A stretch of DNA of 62,912 nucleotides, filler included, from an uncultured Ignavibacteriales bacterium (GCA_964611355.1; 3 parts of 3 records of this genome joined end to end with filler, not necessarily neighbours in it); one strand, 5' to 3'. Positions 40,209 through 50,698 are shown, counted from the first letter of the whole stretch. A program made the numbers and translations. Notes: generated by a model from the sequence alone, not told the origin.

Positions 40209-41414
40209 ATGAAGATTCTGATCTTAAACTGCGGGTCATCATCGGTCAAGTACCAGTTGTTCGACATGGAGCAGGAACTGGCCCTGGCCAGGGGAGTGGT
40301 GGAACGCATCGGCATGTGCGCTTCGGTGCTAAGGCACAAACCGCATGATCGGCCCCAGACGGTAATCACGGGCGAAATCCTTGATCACATTCAAGCGGTC
40401 GATTTTGTAATTTCGATGCTCCTTTCTTCCAACCACGGGGTTATTACCGATAAAAGCGAAATTGCCGCCGTAGGCCATCGGGTGGTTCATGGCGGCGAGC
40501 GGTTCACCGAGTCGGTGCTTATTACGCCTGAACTGATGGGCGAAATCCGAGAGTTAATAACCCTGGCCCCGCTTCATAACCCACATAATATTCGCGGTAT
40601 AAACGCCGCCGTCAAAAACCTCGAGAATACCCCGCAAGTGGCTGTATTCGATACCGCTTTCCATCACCGCATGCCGCCATACGCTTACATTTACGGGATA
40701 CCTTACCTGTTTTATAAGAAACACGGAATCCGTCGCTATGGTTTCCACGGACCGTCGCATTACTTCGTGTCGCACCAGGCCGCCGAAACGCTGGGCCGGC
40801 CGATCGAAAAAATAAAGATTATCACGTGTCACCTTGGCAACGGCGCGTCAATGGCCGCGATCGACGGCGGCGTTTCGATTGACACCTCAATGGGGGTTAC
40901 GCCTTTGGAAGGGCTCCTCATGGGAACCCGCTCCGGCGATTGCGATCCGGCCATTATCCTGCATATCATGGCCCGCGAGGAGCTGACTCTCCATGAGGCT
41001 AATACGTTGCTGAACAAGCATTCCGGTCTCCTTGGCATCTCCGGGGTCTCTTCTGATGTAAGAGAAATAATTAAAGCCCGTAATGAAGGCCACGCCAACG
41101 CCAAGCTGGCTCTTGAGATTTATTGCTACCGGATTAAAAAGTATATCGGAGCATATACGGCAGCCATGAATGGACTTGACGCCGTGGTCTTCACCGGCGG
41201 GGTCGGCGAAAATGCCGTCGAAGTTCGCACCGCGGCCGTTTCGGGACTTGAATACCTGGGCCTTAAACTGGACAACAAGAAAAACAAAGCCCACAAAGAA
41301 GGCATCGGTATCGTCTCCGCGGATGATTCCACCGTTAGCATAATGGTTGTTCCGACCAATGAAGAACTGGTTATCGCAAGGGAAACCTTTCGGATCGTAA
41401 GCGGGAAAAGCTAA
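40209..41414 (+). CDS. ackA: Acetate kinase
   Basis: Motifs LNCGSSSVK, GHRVVHGG, APLHNP, CHLGNGAS, FTGGVGEN and PTNEEL. Confidence 0.97.
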   Translation: MKILILNCGSSSVKYQLFDMEQELALARGVVERIGMCASVLRHKPHDRPQTVITGEILDHIQAVDFVISMLLSSNHGVITDKSEIAAVGHRVVHGGERFTESVLITPELMGEIRELITLAPLHNPHNIRGINAAVKNLENTPQVAVFDTAFHHRMPPYAYIYGIPYLFYKKHGIRRYGFHGPSHYFVSHQAAETLGRPIEKIKIITCHLGNGASMAAIDGGVSIDTSMGVTPLEGLLMGTRSGDCDPAIILHIMAREELTLHEANTLLNKHSGLLGISGVSSDVREIIKARNEGHANAKLALEIYCYRIKKYIGAYTAAMNGLDAVVFTGGVGENAVEVRTAAVSGLEYLGLKLDNKKNKAHKEGIGIVSADDSTVSIMVVPTNEELVIARETFRIVSGKS

Positions 41415-41415
41415 A

Positions 41416-41760
41416 ATGAGTTGCCGCATTGGCTGGCGAATAACATCATTTCTTCTTATTTTACCCGCCGTATTATCGATTACCGCAACCGTTGATGGTT
41501 GCGCGCCGACAAGAGAAGAGCAGATTCAAGCACGACTGGGAAATTTCAAGACAATCCTGCCCGAAAAAACCAGGGCTGATTTTGAAAATGGAAAATACGA
41601 CCATGTTGTCTTGCAGATAGATTCGCTTTTGGCGGTTGATACGGTTTTCGCCGCCCACTGGAACGAAATGAAAAGCACAGAGGCGATAAATCTTTTCACG
41701 ACCGCTGAAGTGATCGACTACTTTGTCACCTATTTTGTTAACTATCAGGAACACCGGTAG
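41416..41760 (+). CDS. Small hypothetical exported protein or lipoprotein
   Basis: Hydrophobic N-terminus ending VDGC; tightly packed between ackA and nfnA. Confidence 0.6.
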   Translation: MSCRIGWRITSFLLILPAVLSITATVDGCAPTREEQIQARLGNFKTILPEKTRADFENGKYDHVVLQIDSLLAVDTVFAAHWNEMKSTEAINLFTTAEVIDYFVTYFVNYQEHR

Positions 41761-41770
41761 TGGAGGAAAC

Positions 41771-42613
41771 GTGTTTAGGATTATCGAGAAAGAAGAACTC
41801 TGCCCCCAGGTATTCCGTTTTCGCATCGAAGCTCCAAGGCTGGTCGGCAAGGCTAAAGCGGGCCAGTTTGTCATATTACGTCAAAATGAAGAAGGCGAAC
41901 GGGTCCCGATGTCCATCGGCGGCCTCGACAAGGAACAAGGCATCCTGACGCTGGTTATTCAGGAAGTGGGTAAAACATCCGGCTCCATGAACCGAATGAA
42001 GGTTGGGGATTGCCTTGCCGACGTGGTCGGTCCGCTGGGGATTCCCACGCACGTTGAAAAATTCGGCCGCTGCATCTGTATCGGCGGCGGCGTCGGTATC
42101 CCGCCCATATACCCTATCGCGCAGGCCTTCAAAAAGGCAGGCAATACCGTGGAAACCATTATCGGCGCTCGCACCAAAGACCTTCTTATATACCAGGAAG
42201 AGCTCGCTGAGGTCTCGGATATACTGCATATCACCACTGACGACGGTTCTTACGGCACGCATGGTTTTGTTACCACCGTCCTGGAAAAACTAATGGAAGA
42301 CGGCACGCCGATCGATTACATCATGGCTGTCGGGCCGGTGCCGATGATGAAGGCGGTCGCCGCGGCAACCAAACCGAAGAATATCAAAACCTGGGTCAGC
42401 CTGAACCCGATTATGGTTGACGGTACCGGTATGTGCGGCGCTTGCCGGGTCACGGTCGGCGGTAAAACCAAGTTCGCCTGTGTTGATGGTCCCGACTTCG
42501 ACGCCCACCAGGTCGATTTTAATCAGATGACCAGCCGCATGAAGATGTATCAGAAACAGGAAAAAGTGGCCTACGACAGGTTTCTGAAAAAAGCGGAAGA
42601 TAGCACCCAGTAA
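41771..42613 (+). CDS. nfnA: Electron-bifurcating transhydrogenase small subunit NfnA (SudB-like)
   Basis: GGAGG SD before GTG 41771; motifs AGQFVI, GERVP, GGGVG and MVDGTGMCGACRV...CVDGPDF. Confidence 0.9.
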   Translation: MFRIIEKEELCPQVFRFRIEAPRLVGKAKAGQFVILRQNEEGERVPMSIGGLDKEQGILTLVIQEVGKTSGSMNRMKVGDCLADVVGPLGIPTHVEKFGRCICIGGGVGIPPIYPIAQAFKKAGNTVETIIGARTKDLLIYQEELAEVSDILHITTDDGSYGTHGFVTTVLEKLMEDGTPIDYIMAVGPVPMMKAVAAATKPKNIKTWVSLNPIMVDGTGMCGACRVTVGGKTKFACVDGPDFDAHQVDFNQMTSRMKMYQKQEKVAYDRFLKKAEDSTQ

Positions 42614-42660
42614 AGGGCGACTTCCAGGTAAATCGCGAGTCATACCTTAAGGACATAACA

Positions 42661-44127
42661 ATGGCAGAGAAAAGGAAACTCACCAATAAAGAAAGAATGC
42701 AAATCTCCCGGCAGGCGATGCCATGCCAGGCTCCAGAAGAACGCATAAATAATTTCAAGGAAGTCCCGTCCGGATTGACACCGGAAATGGCCATGCGCGA
42801 GGCCAATCGTTGCCTGGCGTGTCCCAAACCAAAATGTATAGCCGGTTGTCCGGTTGAGGTTGATATCCCGGCTTTTATAGGGCTGGTTGCCGAAGGGAAA
42901 TTCAGTGAAGCGGCCCGAAAGATCAAGGAAACCAATGCGCTGCCGGCTATCTGCGGCCGGGTTTGCCCGCAGGATGAACAATGCGAAGCGGTGTGCGTCC
43001 TAACCAAAAAACACGAGTCAGTCGCCATCGGTTACTTGGAGAGATTCGTGGCCGACTGGGAACGCGAACATGACGAAGTTACCATTCCAAAGCTGCCGCC
43101 GCCGACAGGCAAGAAAGTGGCCATAATCGGCTCCGGCCCGGCCGGTCTGACCGCCGCCGCCGATTTGTCCCTGATGGGACATAAGGTTACGATTTTCGAA
43201 GCTCTCCACAAACCCGGGGGTGTGTTGATTTATGGTATTCCGGAGTTTCGTCTGCCCAAGTCAATTGTTGCAGCCGAGGTTGGTTATTTGAAAAAACTCG
43301 GAGTCGAAGTCGTTGCCAGTTATGTCATCGGCAAGATTGAAACCGTTGACGAACTGTTCGAAGAAGGGTATGATTCGATATTTATCGGCACGGGCGCCGG
43401 CCTGCCCAGCTTTATGCGTATCGAGGGCGAGAACCTGAAAGGCATTTATTCGGCCAATGAATATCTTACCCGGTCGAACCTGATGCGCGCTTATGCTTTC
43501 CCTGATTACGACACGCCGATCTTTTCCGGCAAAAACGTGGCGGTTCTCGGAGGCGGCAACACTGCCATGGATAGTGTTCGAACCGCCAAACGGCTTGGCG
43601 CTGAGCACGCTACTATCGTCTATCGCCGCAGCCGCGCGGAAATGCCGGCGCGAACCGAGGAGATTCATCACGCCGAAGAAGAAGGAATCGAATTCAAACT
43701 CCTGACCAACCCGGTTAAATATACCGGTAACGAAGACGGCTGGGTGACGCAGATGGAATGTATCAGGATGGAACTGGGCGAGCCGGACAGTTCCGGCCGC
43801 CGCCGCCCGGTGCCGATTGATGGTTCCAATTTTATTATACCGGTCGATATGGTCGTGATCGCAGTCGGCAACTCTTCCAATCCGCTCGTCCAGCAAACGA
43901 CACCGGGATTGGAAACCAATCGTTGGGGGAATATCACAGTCGATGAAAGGACAATGATGTCTTCGCGTGAAGGTGTTTTTGCCGGCGGCGATATCGTTAC
44001 CGGCGGGGCGACGGTAATCCTGGCGGCCGGAGCCGGCAAGGTCGCCGCCCGCGCCATGCACCGCTACATGATGGGTTTGCCGTTGATCGACGAGGAAGAA
44101 GAAGAGGAGAAAGAATCCGACAAATAG
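42661..44127 (+). CDS. nfnB: Electron-bifurcating transhydrogenase large subunit NfnB (SudA/GltD-like)
   Basis: Motifs RCLACPKPKCIAGCP, CGRVCPQDEQCE, GSGPAG, GGGNTAMD and YRRS. It is paired with nfnA and no gltB is present. Confidence 0.9.
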   Translation: MAEKRKLTNKERMQISRQAMPCQAPEERINNFKEVPSGLTPEMAMREANRCLACPKPKCIAGCPVEVDIPAFIGLVAEGKFSEAARKIKETNALPAICGRVCPQDEQCEAVCVLTKKHESVAIGYLERFVADWEREHDEVTIPKLPPPTGKKVAIIGSGPAGLTAAADLSLMGHKVTIFEALHKPGGVLIYGIPEFRLPKSIVAAEVGYLKKLGVEVVASYVIGKIETVDELFEEGYDSIFIGTGAGLPSFMRIEGENLKGIYSANEYLTRSNLMRAYAFPDYDTPIFSGKNVAVLGGGNTAMDSVRTAKRLGAEHATIVYRRSRAEMPARTEEIHHAEEEGIEFKLLTNPVKYTGNEDGWVTQMECIRMELGEPDSSGRRRPVPIDGSNFIIPVDMVVIAVGNSSNPLVQQTTPGLETNRWGNITVDERTMMSSREGVFAGGDIVTGGATVILAAGAGKVAARAMHRYMMGLPLIDEEEEEEKESDK

Positions 44128-44158
44128 AAATAAAATTCAGCAGCGACTTGTTATACAG

Positions 44159-44189
44159 AAAGGCCCAACCTCGCGGATGGGCCTTTTTT
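44159..44189. terminator. Terminator between the convergent nfnB and icd genes (probably bidirectional)
   Basis: AAAGGCCCA-10 nt-TGGGCCTTTTTT. Confidence 0.75.
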
Positions 44190-44223
44190 ATTGCACGCAA
44201 TAACAGTCAATACGGCAGATCAA

Positions 44224-45474
44224 CTACCGCATGTTTTTGATGATCTGGGTGGCGTATTCGGACGTCGAGACCTTCTTGGCGCCTTTCATCTGGCGATGCA
44301 GATCATAGGTAACCGTCTTTTTCTTAATAGTCATCTCAATTGCCTTGTTGACCATATCCGCCGCCTTGTCCCAACCGAGATACTCCAGCATCATCACACC
44401 GGAAAGAATCAACGAACCGGGATTGACCATATCCTTGTCGGTGTACTTCGGAGCCGTGCCGTGAGTGGCCTCGAAGAGGCCGATATAATCACCCATGTTG
44501 GCGCCGGGAGCCATTCCCAGACCGCCCACCTGGGCCGCGCAGGCATCGGAGATGTAGTCGCCGTTAAGATTGGGCGTTGCCAGCACTTCGTACTCATCGG
44601 TGCGGGTCAGAATCTGCTGGAACATCGAATCGGCGATGCGATCCTTGATGACAATCTTGCCTTTCGGCTGCTTGCCGTTGTATTTGCTCCAGAGTTCGGC
44701 CTCGGTAATAGTCTGCCGGGGGAATTCCTTTTTTGCGACGTTATAGCCCCAGTCGCGGAAAGCACCCTCGGTGTATTTCATGATATTACCTTTATGGACC
44801 AGCGTCACCGAGCTGCGCTTGCGAGCGATGGCGTAATTAATCGCCTTACGCATCAGACGAGTCGTACAGGTTACCGAGATCGGCTTGATGCCAACGCCGC
44901 TGTCTTTGCGGATTTCGCAGCCCATGCTCTTGTTGAGCCACTCGATAACCTTTTTAGCTTCCCTTGTGCCTTTTTTCCACTCAATACCTGCGTAGACGTC
45001 CTCGGTGTTTTCGCGAAAGATAACCACGTCCATTTTTTCCGGCGCCTTAACCGGGGAAGGCACACCCTTGAAATACCGCACCGGCCGGACGCAGGCATAT
45101 AGGTTAAGCACCTGCCGCATGGTAACATTGAGCGAACGGTAACCGCCGCCAATCGGCGTGGTCAGGGGACCTTTGAGGGCTACATAGAAGTACTTTATGG
45201 CGTCGATAGTCTCCTTCGGCAGCACATCTTTGTACAACCGGTAGGCGTTTTCACCGGCGTAGATGTCCATCCAGACGATTCTCTTTTTGCCCTTGTACGA
45301 TTTTTCCACGGCGGCGTCAAGCACCCGGCGGGCCGCCTTCATGATGTCTCGACCGATACCGTCGCCCTCAATAACCGGGATAATCGGATTACCCGGAATC
45401 GAGAGTTTGCCTTTTTTAACGGTTATCCGCTCGCCGTCTTTGGGAACGACGATCTTTTTGAATCTTGGAATCAT
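44224..45474 (-). CDS. icd: NADP-dependent isocitrate dehydrogenase
   Basis: Motifs [33 protein letters not shown] and HGTAPKY. Confidence 0.97.
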   Translation of the reverse strand: MIPRFKKIVVPKDGERITVKKGKLSIPGNPIIPVIEGDGIGRDIMKAARRVLDAAVEKSYKGKKRIVWMDIYAGENAYRLYKDVLPKETIDAIKYFYVALKGPLTTPIGGGYRSLNVTMRQVLNLYACVRPVRYFKGVPSPVKAPEKMDVVIFRENTEDVYAGIEWKKGTREAKKVIEWLNKSMGCEIRKDSGVGIKPISVTCTTRLMRKAINYAIARKRSSVTLVHKGNIMKYTEGAFRDWGYNVAKKEFPRQTITEAELWSKYNGKQPKGKIVIKDRIADSMFQQILTRTDEYEVLATPNLNGDYISDACAAQVGGLGMAPGANMGDYIGLFEATHGTAPKYTDKDMVNPGSLILSGVMMLEYLGWDKAADMVNKAIEMTIKKKTVTYDLHRQMKGAKKVSTSEYATQIIKNMR

Positions 45475-45487
45475 AATCTCTCCCTGC

Positions 45488-46414
45488 TTAATGCCCGATG
45501 ATTTTCAGGAACTCTTTGTATGTTTCGGCCGATTTCTTCAGCATACCCAATTCTTCGTCGTTGAGCTTGAGCTCAACTATCTTTTCCACGCCGTTGCGGC
45601 CTAAAACCACCGGGACACCGATATAAATATCGTCAATCCCGTATTCTCCTTCGAGATAAGCCGAAGCCGGAAGGACTTTCTTTTCATCGGAGAAAACCGC
45701 CTTGACCATATCAACGGTAGCCGCTGCCGGAGCATAATAGGCCGAACCTGTCTTGAGCAGCTTGACAATTTCGCCGCCGCCGTCTCGGGTGCGCGCAGCA
45801 ATGGCGTCAATGCGATCCTTGGGAATCAATTCACTGATCGGGATACCGGCCACGGTAGTATAGCGCGCCAGCGGAACCATGGTATCGCCATGGCCGCCCA
45901 GCACCATCGCCTGGGTATCGGTCGCAGCCACACCCAACTCCATGGCGACAAAAGCGCGGAAACGGATAGAGTCGAGTATGCCGGCCTGACCAAAGACGCG
46001 GTTCTTGGGGAACCCGGTTTTCTTGAAGGCATGGTAGGTCATGATATCCAGAGGATTGGAAACCATAAGATAGAAACAATCGGGCGCATACTTAAGTACG
46101 TTTTCCGATACGCTGCCGATGATTTCGGCGTTCTTGTTGAGCAGGTCCTCACGGCTCATGCCCGGCTTGCGGGCCAGACCGGCCGTCATAACGACAATAT
46201 CGGCCCCTTCTATTTCGGCGAAATCATTGCTGCCGGTAACCCGGCAGTTATAGCCGCGTATGGGGCCGGCCTGGGTCAGGTCAAGCGCCTTCCCCTGAGG
46301 CATTCCCTCGATAATGTCAACCATGACGACATCGGCCAGGTTGGCTTCAGCCAGGTACTGACTCACCGAGGCGCCCACGTTTCCGGCTCCAATGACTGCG
46401 ATTTTCTTGTCCAT
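45488..46414 (-). CDS. mdh: Malate dehydrogenase (LDH-like)
   Basis: Motifs [17 protein letters not shown] (Arg specificity residue), GGHGD and GSAYYAPA. Confidence 0.95.
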   Translation of the reverse strand: MDKKIAVIGAGNVGASVSQYLAEANLADVVMVDIIEGMPQGKALDLTQAGPIRGYNCRVTGSNDFAEIEGADIVVMTAGLARKPGMSREDLLNKNAEIIGSVSENVLKYAPDCFYLMVSNPLDIMTYHAFKKTGFPKNRVFGQAGILDSIRFRAFVAMELGVAATDTQAMVLGGHGDTMVPLARYTTVAGIPISELIPKDRIDAIAARTRDGGGEIVKLLKTGSAYYAPAAATVDMVKAVFSDEKKVLPASAYLEGEYGIDDIYIGVPVVLGRNGVEKIVELKLNDEELGMLKKSAETYKEFLKIIGH

Positions 46415-46443
46415 TAATTGCCTCCGATTCTTTTAATTTGATT

Positions 46444-47670
46444 TTAATCCGATTTTACCGCCAAAAGTCCAGCGTCCCGGACCAGCAATATGTCAATTTC
46501 CTGTTTATCTGCGCGTTTTAGCTTTTGTATTTCGGCGTCAATTGAGATAGCCGGTTCCAGAAAAACCCGTTCAAGTATCTCGTGTTTCAAACCGGTCAAC
46601 GCCTTGACGCTGATCCGCCGGGCCATCCTGACAATGCGGGACAGTTTGTGTATTCCCATCGGCGGATTTTCCATTTCGGCGTGCGCGAGAACCATCTCCT
46701 CGTTTTTAAGCCTTCGGGCCAGTTGATAAAATTCGTCGTTGCCGATCCCCTCATGACATTTTGAAACGGCCACAATCGTGCCGCCATCACGCACGGCCGC
46801 AGCGCAGTTTTCAATTGCTTTCTGCAGTTGATACAGGTTGCGATCAAGGGGGTATCTCATCTCGGCAATGACCAGATCGTATTGTTTTTCCGGTTGAAAC
46901 GAATAAACCTGCTTCGATAAATCCACAGCTTCTTTGAAGGAGCTTTCCAAATCGCCGCAAAAGCAATCGAGTATCCGGCGGTTTCGTCCGTGGACAATCT
47001 GGATCGAAAATACGGCCGACAGCTTAACTAAATTTAGAAGCTTGTCAAGGTCTTCGGCCACCGGGTTATGCTTTAGTCGCAACGGCTGCGCGTCCTCGGA
47101 TACCGCCAAAGCGTGATTGCGGCGATTGCTTTCAATATCCGACAGGCCGGGTACCAGGGATTTGCGTCCGCCGGTAAAACCGGCGAAATAATGCGGCTCA
47201 ACCGAACCAATGGTCAGCACGCCCGGATATTCAAACAACCGCCTGTTCAGGTAAAGAGGCAGGCCGTCCAGCTCTCCTGCCGCGACCATCGACTCGATAT
47301 CACGCGAGTCGTGAAAGTATAATCTGCTGTCGGACGGAAGCTGATACTCGCCAAAAATTTCGTCAATCTCTTCCTTTTCGGGTCGCGGATGATTGCCGCA
47401 GGCAACGATAAAGTCAGCCTTGAAATCGGGATACAATTTCTTTATTTGAGAAAGCGCCTCTCCCGTCGGCGTCGGCCTGAAAGCGTCGTTCACGACAACC
47501 AGCGGCTTTCCCCGAGACAGGAATTTATCAAACCCGGCAGACGAGAGCGCCCGCAAGAACTTTCCCTGATTCCATCCCCGGTCGCGGTCCTCCGGTTCCC
47601 TTTCCGTCAACGAATCTCCGGGTTCGGGTTCAAAGCTTATCTGATCGGTTCCAAAAGCTACGGCAGGCAT
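46444..47670 (-). CDS. LarA-family nickel-pincer 2-hydroxyacid racemase/epimerase
   Basis: Motifs NDAFRPTP, ACGNH, EPHYFAGFTGGRKS, RRNH and NLYQLQK. Start set at the ATG at 47670, just after the ndk stop. Confidence 0.85.
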   Translation of the reverse strand: MPAVAFGTDQISFEPEPGDSLTEREPEDRDRGWNQGKFLRALSSAGFDKFLSRGKPLVVVNDAFRPTPTGEALSQIKKLYPDFKADFIVACGNHPRPEKEEIDEIFGEYQLPSDSRLYFHDSRDIESMVAAGELDGLPLYLNRRLFEYPGVLTIGSVEPHYFAGFTGGRKSLVPGLSDIESNRRNHALAVSEDAQPLRLKHNPVAEDLDKLLNLVKLSAVFSIQIVHGRNRRILDCFCGDLESSFKEAVDLSKQVYSFQPEKQYDLVIAEMRYPLDRNLYQLQKAIENCAAAVRDGGTIVAVSKCHEGIGNDEFYQLARRLKNEEMVLAHAEMENPPMGIHKLSRIVRMARRISVKALTGLKHEILERVFLEPAISIDAEIQKLKRADKQEIDILLVRDAGLLAVKSD

Positions 47671-47674
47671 TTCC

Positions 47675-48073
47675 CTAACCAAAAAAGAATGGGATTTCAA
47701 AGTCGGCCGACTTGGGAGAGTCTGAAGCGTGCACCGAGTTTTTTTGTTTGTCCAAACCGATTTCCTGACGGAGCGTGCCGCATGAAGCTTCGACCGGATC
47801 GGTGGCGCCGATAAGCTCCCGAAGATAATCAATGGCGTTGTCTTTTTCGAGCATCATCGGGACAATCATGCCGGAAGACATATATTCGGTCAGGTCGTCA
47901 AGAAATGGCTTGCCCTCGTGCACGGCGTAAAACCGGCGCGCCTTATCTTTAGTGAGCCGGCTCATTTTCATATCGAGCATGTTGAAGCCGGTTTTCTCCA
48001 GCCGGCTTATGATATGCCCGATCAGATTGCGCAGCGTCGCGTCCGGTTTAATAATCAGAAGCGCCCTTTCCAC
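47675..48073 (-). CDS. ndk: Nucleoside-diphosphate kinase
   Basis: Motifs IIKPDA, FYAVHEGKPF, GATDP and NSVHASDS. Confidence 0.97.
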   Translation of the reverse strand: MERALLIIKPDATLRNLIGHIISRLEKTGFNMLDMKMSRLTKDKARRFYAVHEGKPFLDDLTEYMSSGMIVPMMLEKDNAIDYLRELIGATDPVEASCGTLRQEIGLDKQKNSVHASDSPKSADFEIPFFFG

Positions 48074-48085
48074 CCATCTCCCCTC

Positions 48086-48688
48086 TTAATGTCTTTTGGC
48101 TCCCCGAGCCATATCAAAACCAACCTGCAACGCTTTCAGGTTCATTTCCTCCGTACCTTTCGGAGACCGCTCCCTGACCACGGCCCTGAGAGCTTCCCGA
48201 GGAACGATCCCGATCAGTTCGGCAATAGTCCCCAGAGCTATTACATTCGCGGCCATCGGATGTCCGACCTGTTCACGAGCCGCCCTGAAAAACGGAAAAC
48301 CGTAGCAGTTCTTGATTGGTATCTTGGTCACCTGATTGGAATCGACAATCAGCAGACCGCCTGGCTTGATATCGCGAGCATATTTATCGCAGGCCTCCTG
48401 AGTGAAAGCCAGAAGCAGATCCAGCTTCATCGTCTTGGGGTAATAAATTTCTTCCCTGGAAACGACCATATCGGAACGGCTGGCGCCGCCGCGCGCTTCA
48501 GGGCCGTAACTCTGGGTCTGGACAACGTTTATTTCCCTATCACTGCCGATCGCCTGAGCCAGAATCACGGCCGCCAGGATAACACCGTGCCCGCCAGAAC
48601 CGGAGAGACGAAGCTCATAGCGTTCATCGCCGATTTCCTTATGGCCTTTTTCGTGCTTGTGCAATTTGTGAATAGGCATAGCAGACAT
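48086..48688 (-). CDS. korC: 2-oxoacid:ferredoxin oxidoreductase gamma subunit
   Basis: Motifs SGSGGHGVIL and QSYGPEARGG; start at the ATG at 48688. Confidence 0.9.
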   Translation of the reverse strand: MSAMPIHKLHKHEKGHKEIGDERYELRLSGSGGHGVILAAVILAQAIGSDREINVVQTQSYGPEARGGASRSDMVVSREEIYYPKTMKLDLLLAFTQEACDKYARDIKPGGLLIVDSNQVTKIPIKNCYGFPFFRAAREQVGHPMAANVIALGTIAELIGIVPREALRAVVRERSPKGTEEMNLKALQVGFDMARGAKRH

Positions 48689-48689
48689 T

Positions 48690-49535
48690 TTATTCACCCT
48701 TTGGTTTTTGCAGGCTGTCGAGCAGTTTCTGATGCTCGTTACAATACTCCGGCAGGTCGACATCCCACAAAACACCGGTTAAAAACTTTCCTTCCATCTT
48801 TTCCGGGGAAAGGTTTTGAGCCGCCTTAATCGGCATTGCATGCGACTTCATCCATTTCAGCATTGATACGGCGTCGCCTTCCCGGTTAAGCCGGCCATAA
48901 TATGTATGGCAGTTGGATAAAACCTCTATCATGGCAAAGCCGCGCTTCTGAATACCGCCCAAGATAAGTTTGTCAAGTTGCTGAACGTGATAGACGGTGC
49001 CGCGGGCAACATAGGAAGCCCCGGCCGCCCTGGCCAGAGTGGTCGGATCAAACCCTTTTTCGACGTTTCCGTACGGCGCCGTTGTGGCTCGCTTGGTAAG
49101 CGGCGTGGTCGGCGAACACTGACCGCCCGTCATACCGTAGATTTGGTTATTTACCAGAACCGCTGTAATGTCAATATTTCGGCGGCAGGCGTGAATAAAG
49201 TGGTTGCCTCCGATGGCCAGTGCGTCGCCGTCGCCGGTAACCACGATTACCTTCATAGAGGGTTTTACCAGTTTTACCCCGGTAGCAAAGGCAAGGGCTC
49301 GGCCATGTGTCGTATGGAGCGTATTGAAATCGCAGTAAACCGGCAGACGCGAACTGCACCCGATACCGGAAATAAGAGCGACATCGTCCTTTTTAAGCCC
49401 TGCCGCGTCAACCGCCCGGATTAGTGAACCCATAACGGTACCTATACCGCAACCGGCGCACCAGACGTTGGGGAAATTCTTTTTAGCCCTCAAGTAATGA
49501 TGGGTTACATCCGAAGCTTGAGTCGGACCGGGCAT
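48690..49535 (-). CDS. korB: 2-oxoacid:ferredoxin oxidoreductase beta subunit (TPP-binding)
   Basis: Motifs WCAGCG, SGIGCS, HGRA and GDGD...NNQIYGMTGGQ. Confidence 0.93.
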   Translation of the reverse strand: MPGPTQASDVTHHYLRAKKNFPNVWCAGCGIGTVMGSLIRAVDAAGLKKDDVALISGIGCSSRLPVYCDFNTLHTTHGRALAFATGVKLVKPSMKVIVVTGDGDALAIGGNHFIHACRRNIDITAVLVNNQIYGMTGGQCSPTTPLTKRATTAPYGNVEKGFDPTTLARAAGASYVARGTVYHVQQLDKLILGGIQKRGFAMIEVLSNCHTYYGRLNREGDAVSMLKWMKSHAMPIKAAQNLSPEKMEGKFLTGVLWDVDLPEYCNEHQKLLDSLQKPKGE

Positions 49536-49536
49536 T

Positions 49537-50688
49537 TTATCTCACCTCCAGAATACGTTTAAATATTTCCACCGGGTTGAGCACCTCGCCGTCATAGCGG
49601 TTGAGTCGCTCGATCTTGCAATGACGGGGAGCGATCCGCTCGATCTCGTAAACCAATTGACCCATATTGAGTTCCACCACCAGGACTTTCCTGACATGGG
49701 AGCCGGAGACCAGTTCTACAATCGACTCTTCCGGAAAAGGCCAGATGGTAATCGGCCGGATTAATCCAGCCCTGATCCGTTTCTCGCGGGCCATATGGAC
49801 TGCCTGCCGGGCGGCTCGCGCCGCCGTGCCGTAAGCTATAACACATATGACGGCATCGTCCATCATGTCCGTTTCCAGTTGTACCAATTCATCAGCAAAG
49901 CGGACAATCTTATTTTTCAACTTGTCCAGTTTGCGCTTGATTTCCTCGGGATTAGCTGTCGGAAAACCTTCCTGGTCATGAGTCAGACCGGTAATATTAA
50001 AGCGATATCCTTCGCCGAAACCGGCCATGGGAGAAACCAGGTTAGGGGTAATCTCAAAATGATGATACCACTCGAAAGGAACGTCCGGCTTTTCGCGTTC
50101 AATAACTTCCAATTCCCCCTCCCTGGGAATGTAAATCATTTCCCGCATATGGCCCAGAACCTCGTCGCCAAGAACCACCACAGGGGTGCGGAACCTTTCA
50201 GAGTAGTTAAAGGCTTTTACTGTCTGCTCATAACACTCCCGAACCGAGGCGGGCGCCACGGCGATGGCGGTGTAATCGCCATGCGGACCCCAGCGGGCCT
50301 GCATGGTATCGGATTGAGCTATCTTGGTCGGAAGCCCTGTCGAGGGACCGCCGCGCTGGACATTGATTATGACGCAGGGAACCTCAGCCATGTAGGCATA
50401 GCCAATATTTTCCTGCATCAGGGAGAAACCCGGTCCGCTTGTGGCCGTCATCGCTTTAGTGCCGGCGCATGATGCGCCGATGACTGCGGCAATAGAACCG
50501 ATTTCATCTTCCATCTGGATAAAATGTCCATTGAAGCGAGGCAGCATACGCGCCATGCCCTCGGCGATTTCTGTTGAAGGCGTGATGGGATAACCGCCAA
50601 AGAAACGGCAGCCAGCGTAAATGGCACCTTCCGTGCAGGCTTCGTTACCCTGCATCAGCCGACGATCTGATCTATTGCTGGTTTGCAT
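49537..50688 (-). CDS. korA: 2-oxoacid:ferredoxin oxidoreductase alpha subunit
   Basis: Motifs GYPITPSTE, QMEDEIG, TSGPGFSL and QRGGPSTGLPT. Confidence 0.93.
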   Translation of the reverse strand: MQTSNRSDRRLMQGNEACTEGAIYAGCRFFGGYPITPSTEIAEGMARMLPRFNGHFIQMEDEIGSIAAVIGASCAGTKAMTATSGPGFSLMQENIGYAYMAEVPCVIINVQRGGPSTGLPTKIAQSDTMQARWGPHGDYTAIAVAPASVRECYEQTVKAFNYSERFRTPVVVLGDEVLGHMREMIYIPREGELEVIEREKPDVPFEWYHHFEITPNLVSPMAGFGEGYRFNITGLTHDQEGFPTANPEEIKRKLDKLKNKIVRFADELVQLETDMMDDAVICVIAYGTAARAARQAVHMAREKRIRAGLIRPITIWPFPEESIVELVSGSHVRKVLVVELNMGQLVYEIERIAPRHCKIERLNRYDGEVLNPVEIFKRILEVR

Positions 50689-50698
50689 TATTCCACGC

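Noticed and set aside
42661..44127. Glutamate synthase small subunit (gltD)
   Set aside because: No gltB is present and it is paired with an NfnA/SudB-type gene, so NfnB fits better.
44191..45102. 303-aa plus-strand ORF
   Set aside because: Antisense shadow of icd with no recognisable motifs.
47671..47832. ORF-track N-terminal extension of the LarA gene (similar extensions on korC, korD, sucD, nfnA, asnS)
   Set aside because: The extensions overlap neighbouring genes or promoter regions; downstream starts with SD sequences or tight coupling fit better.
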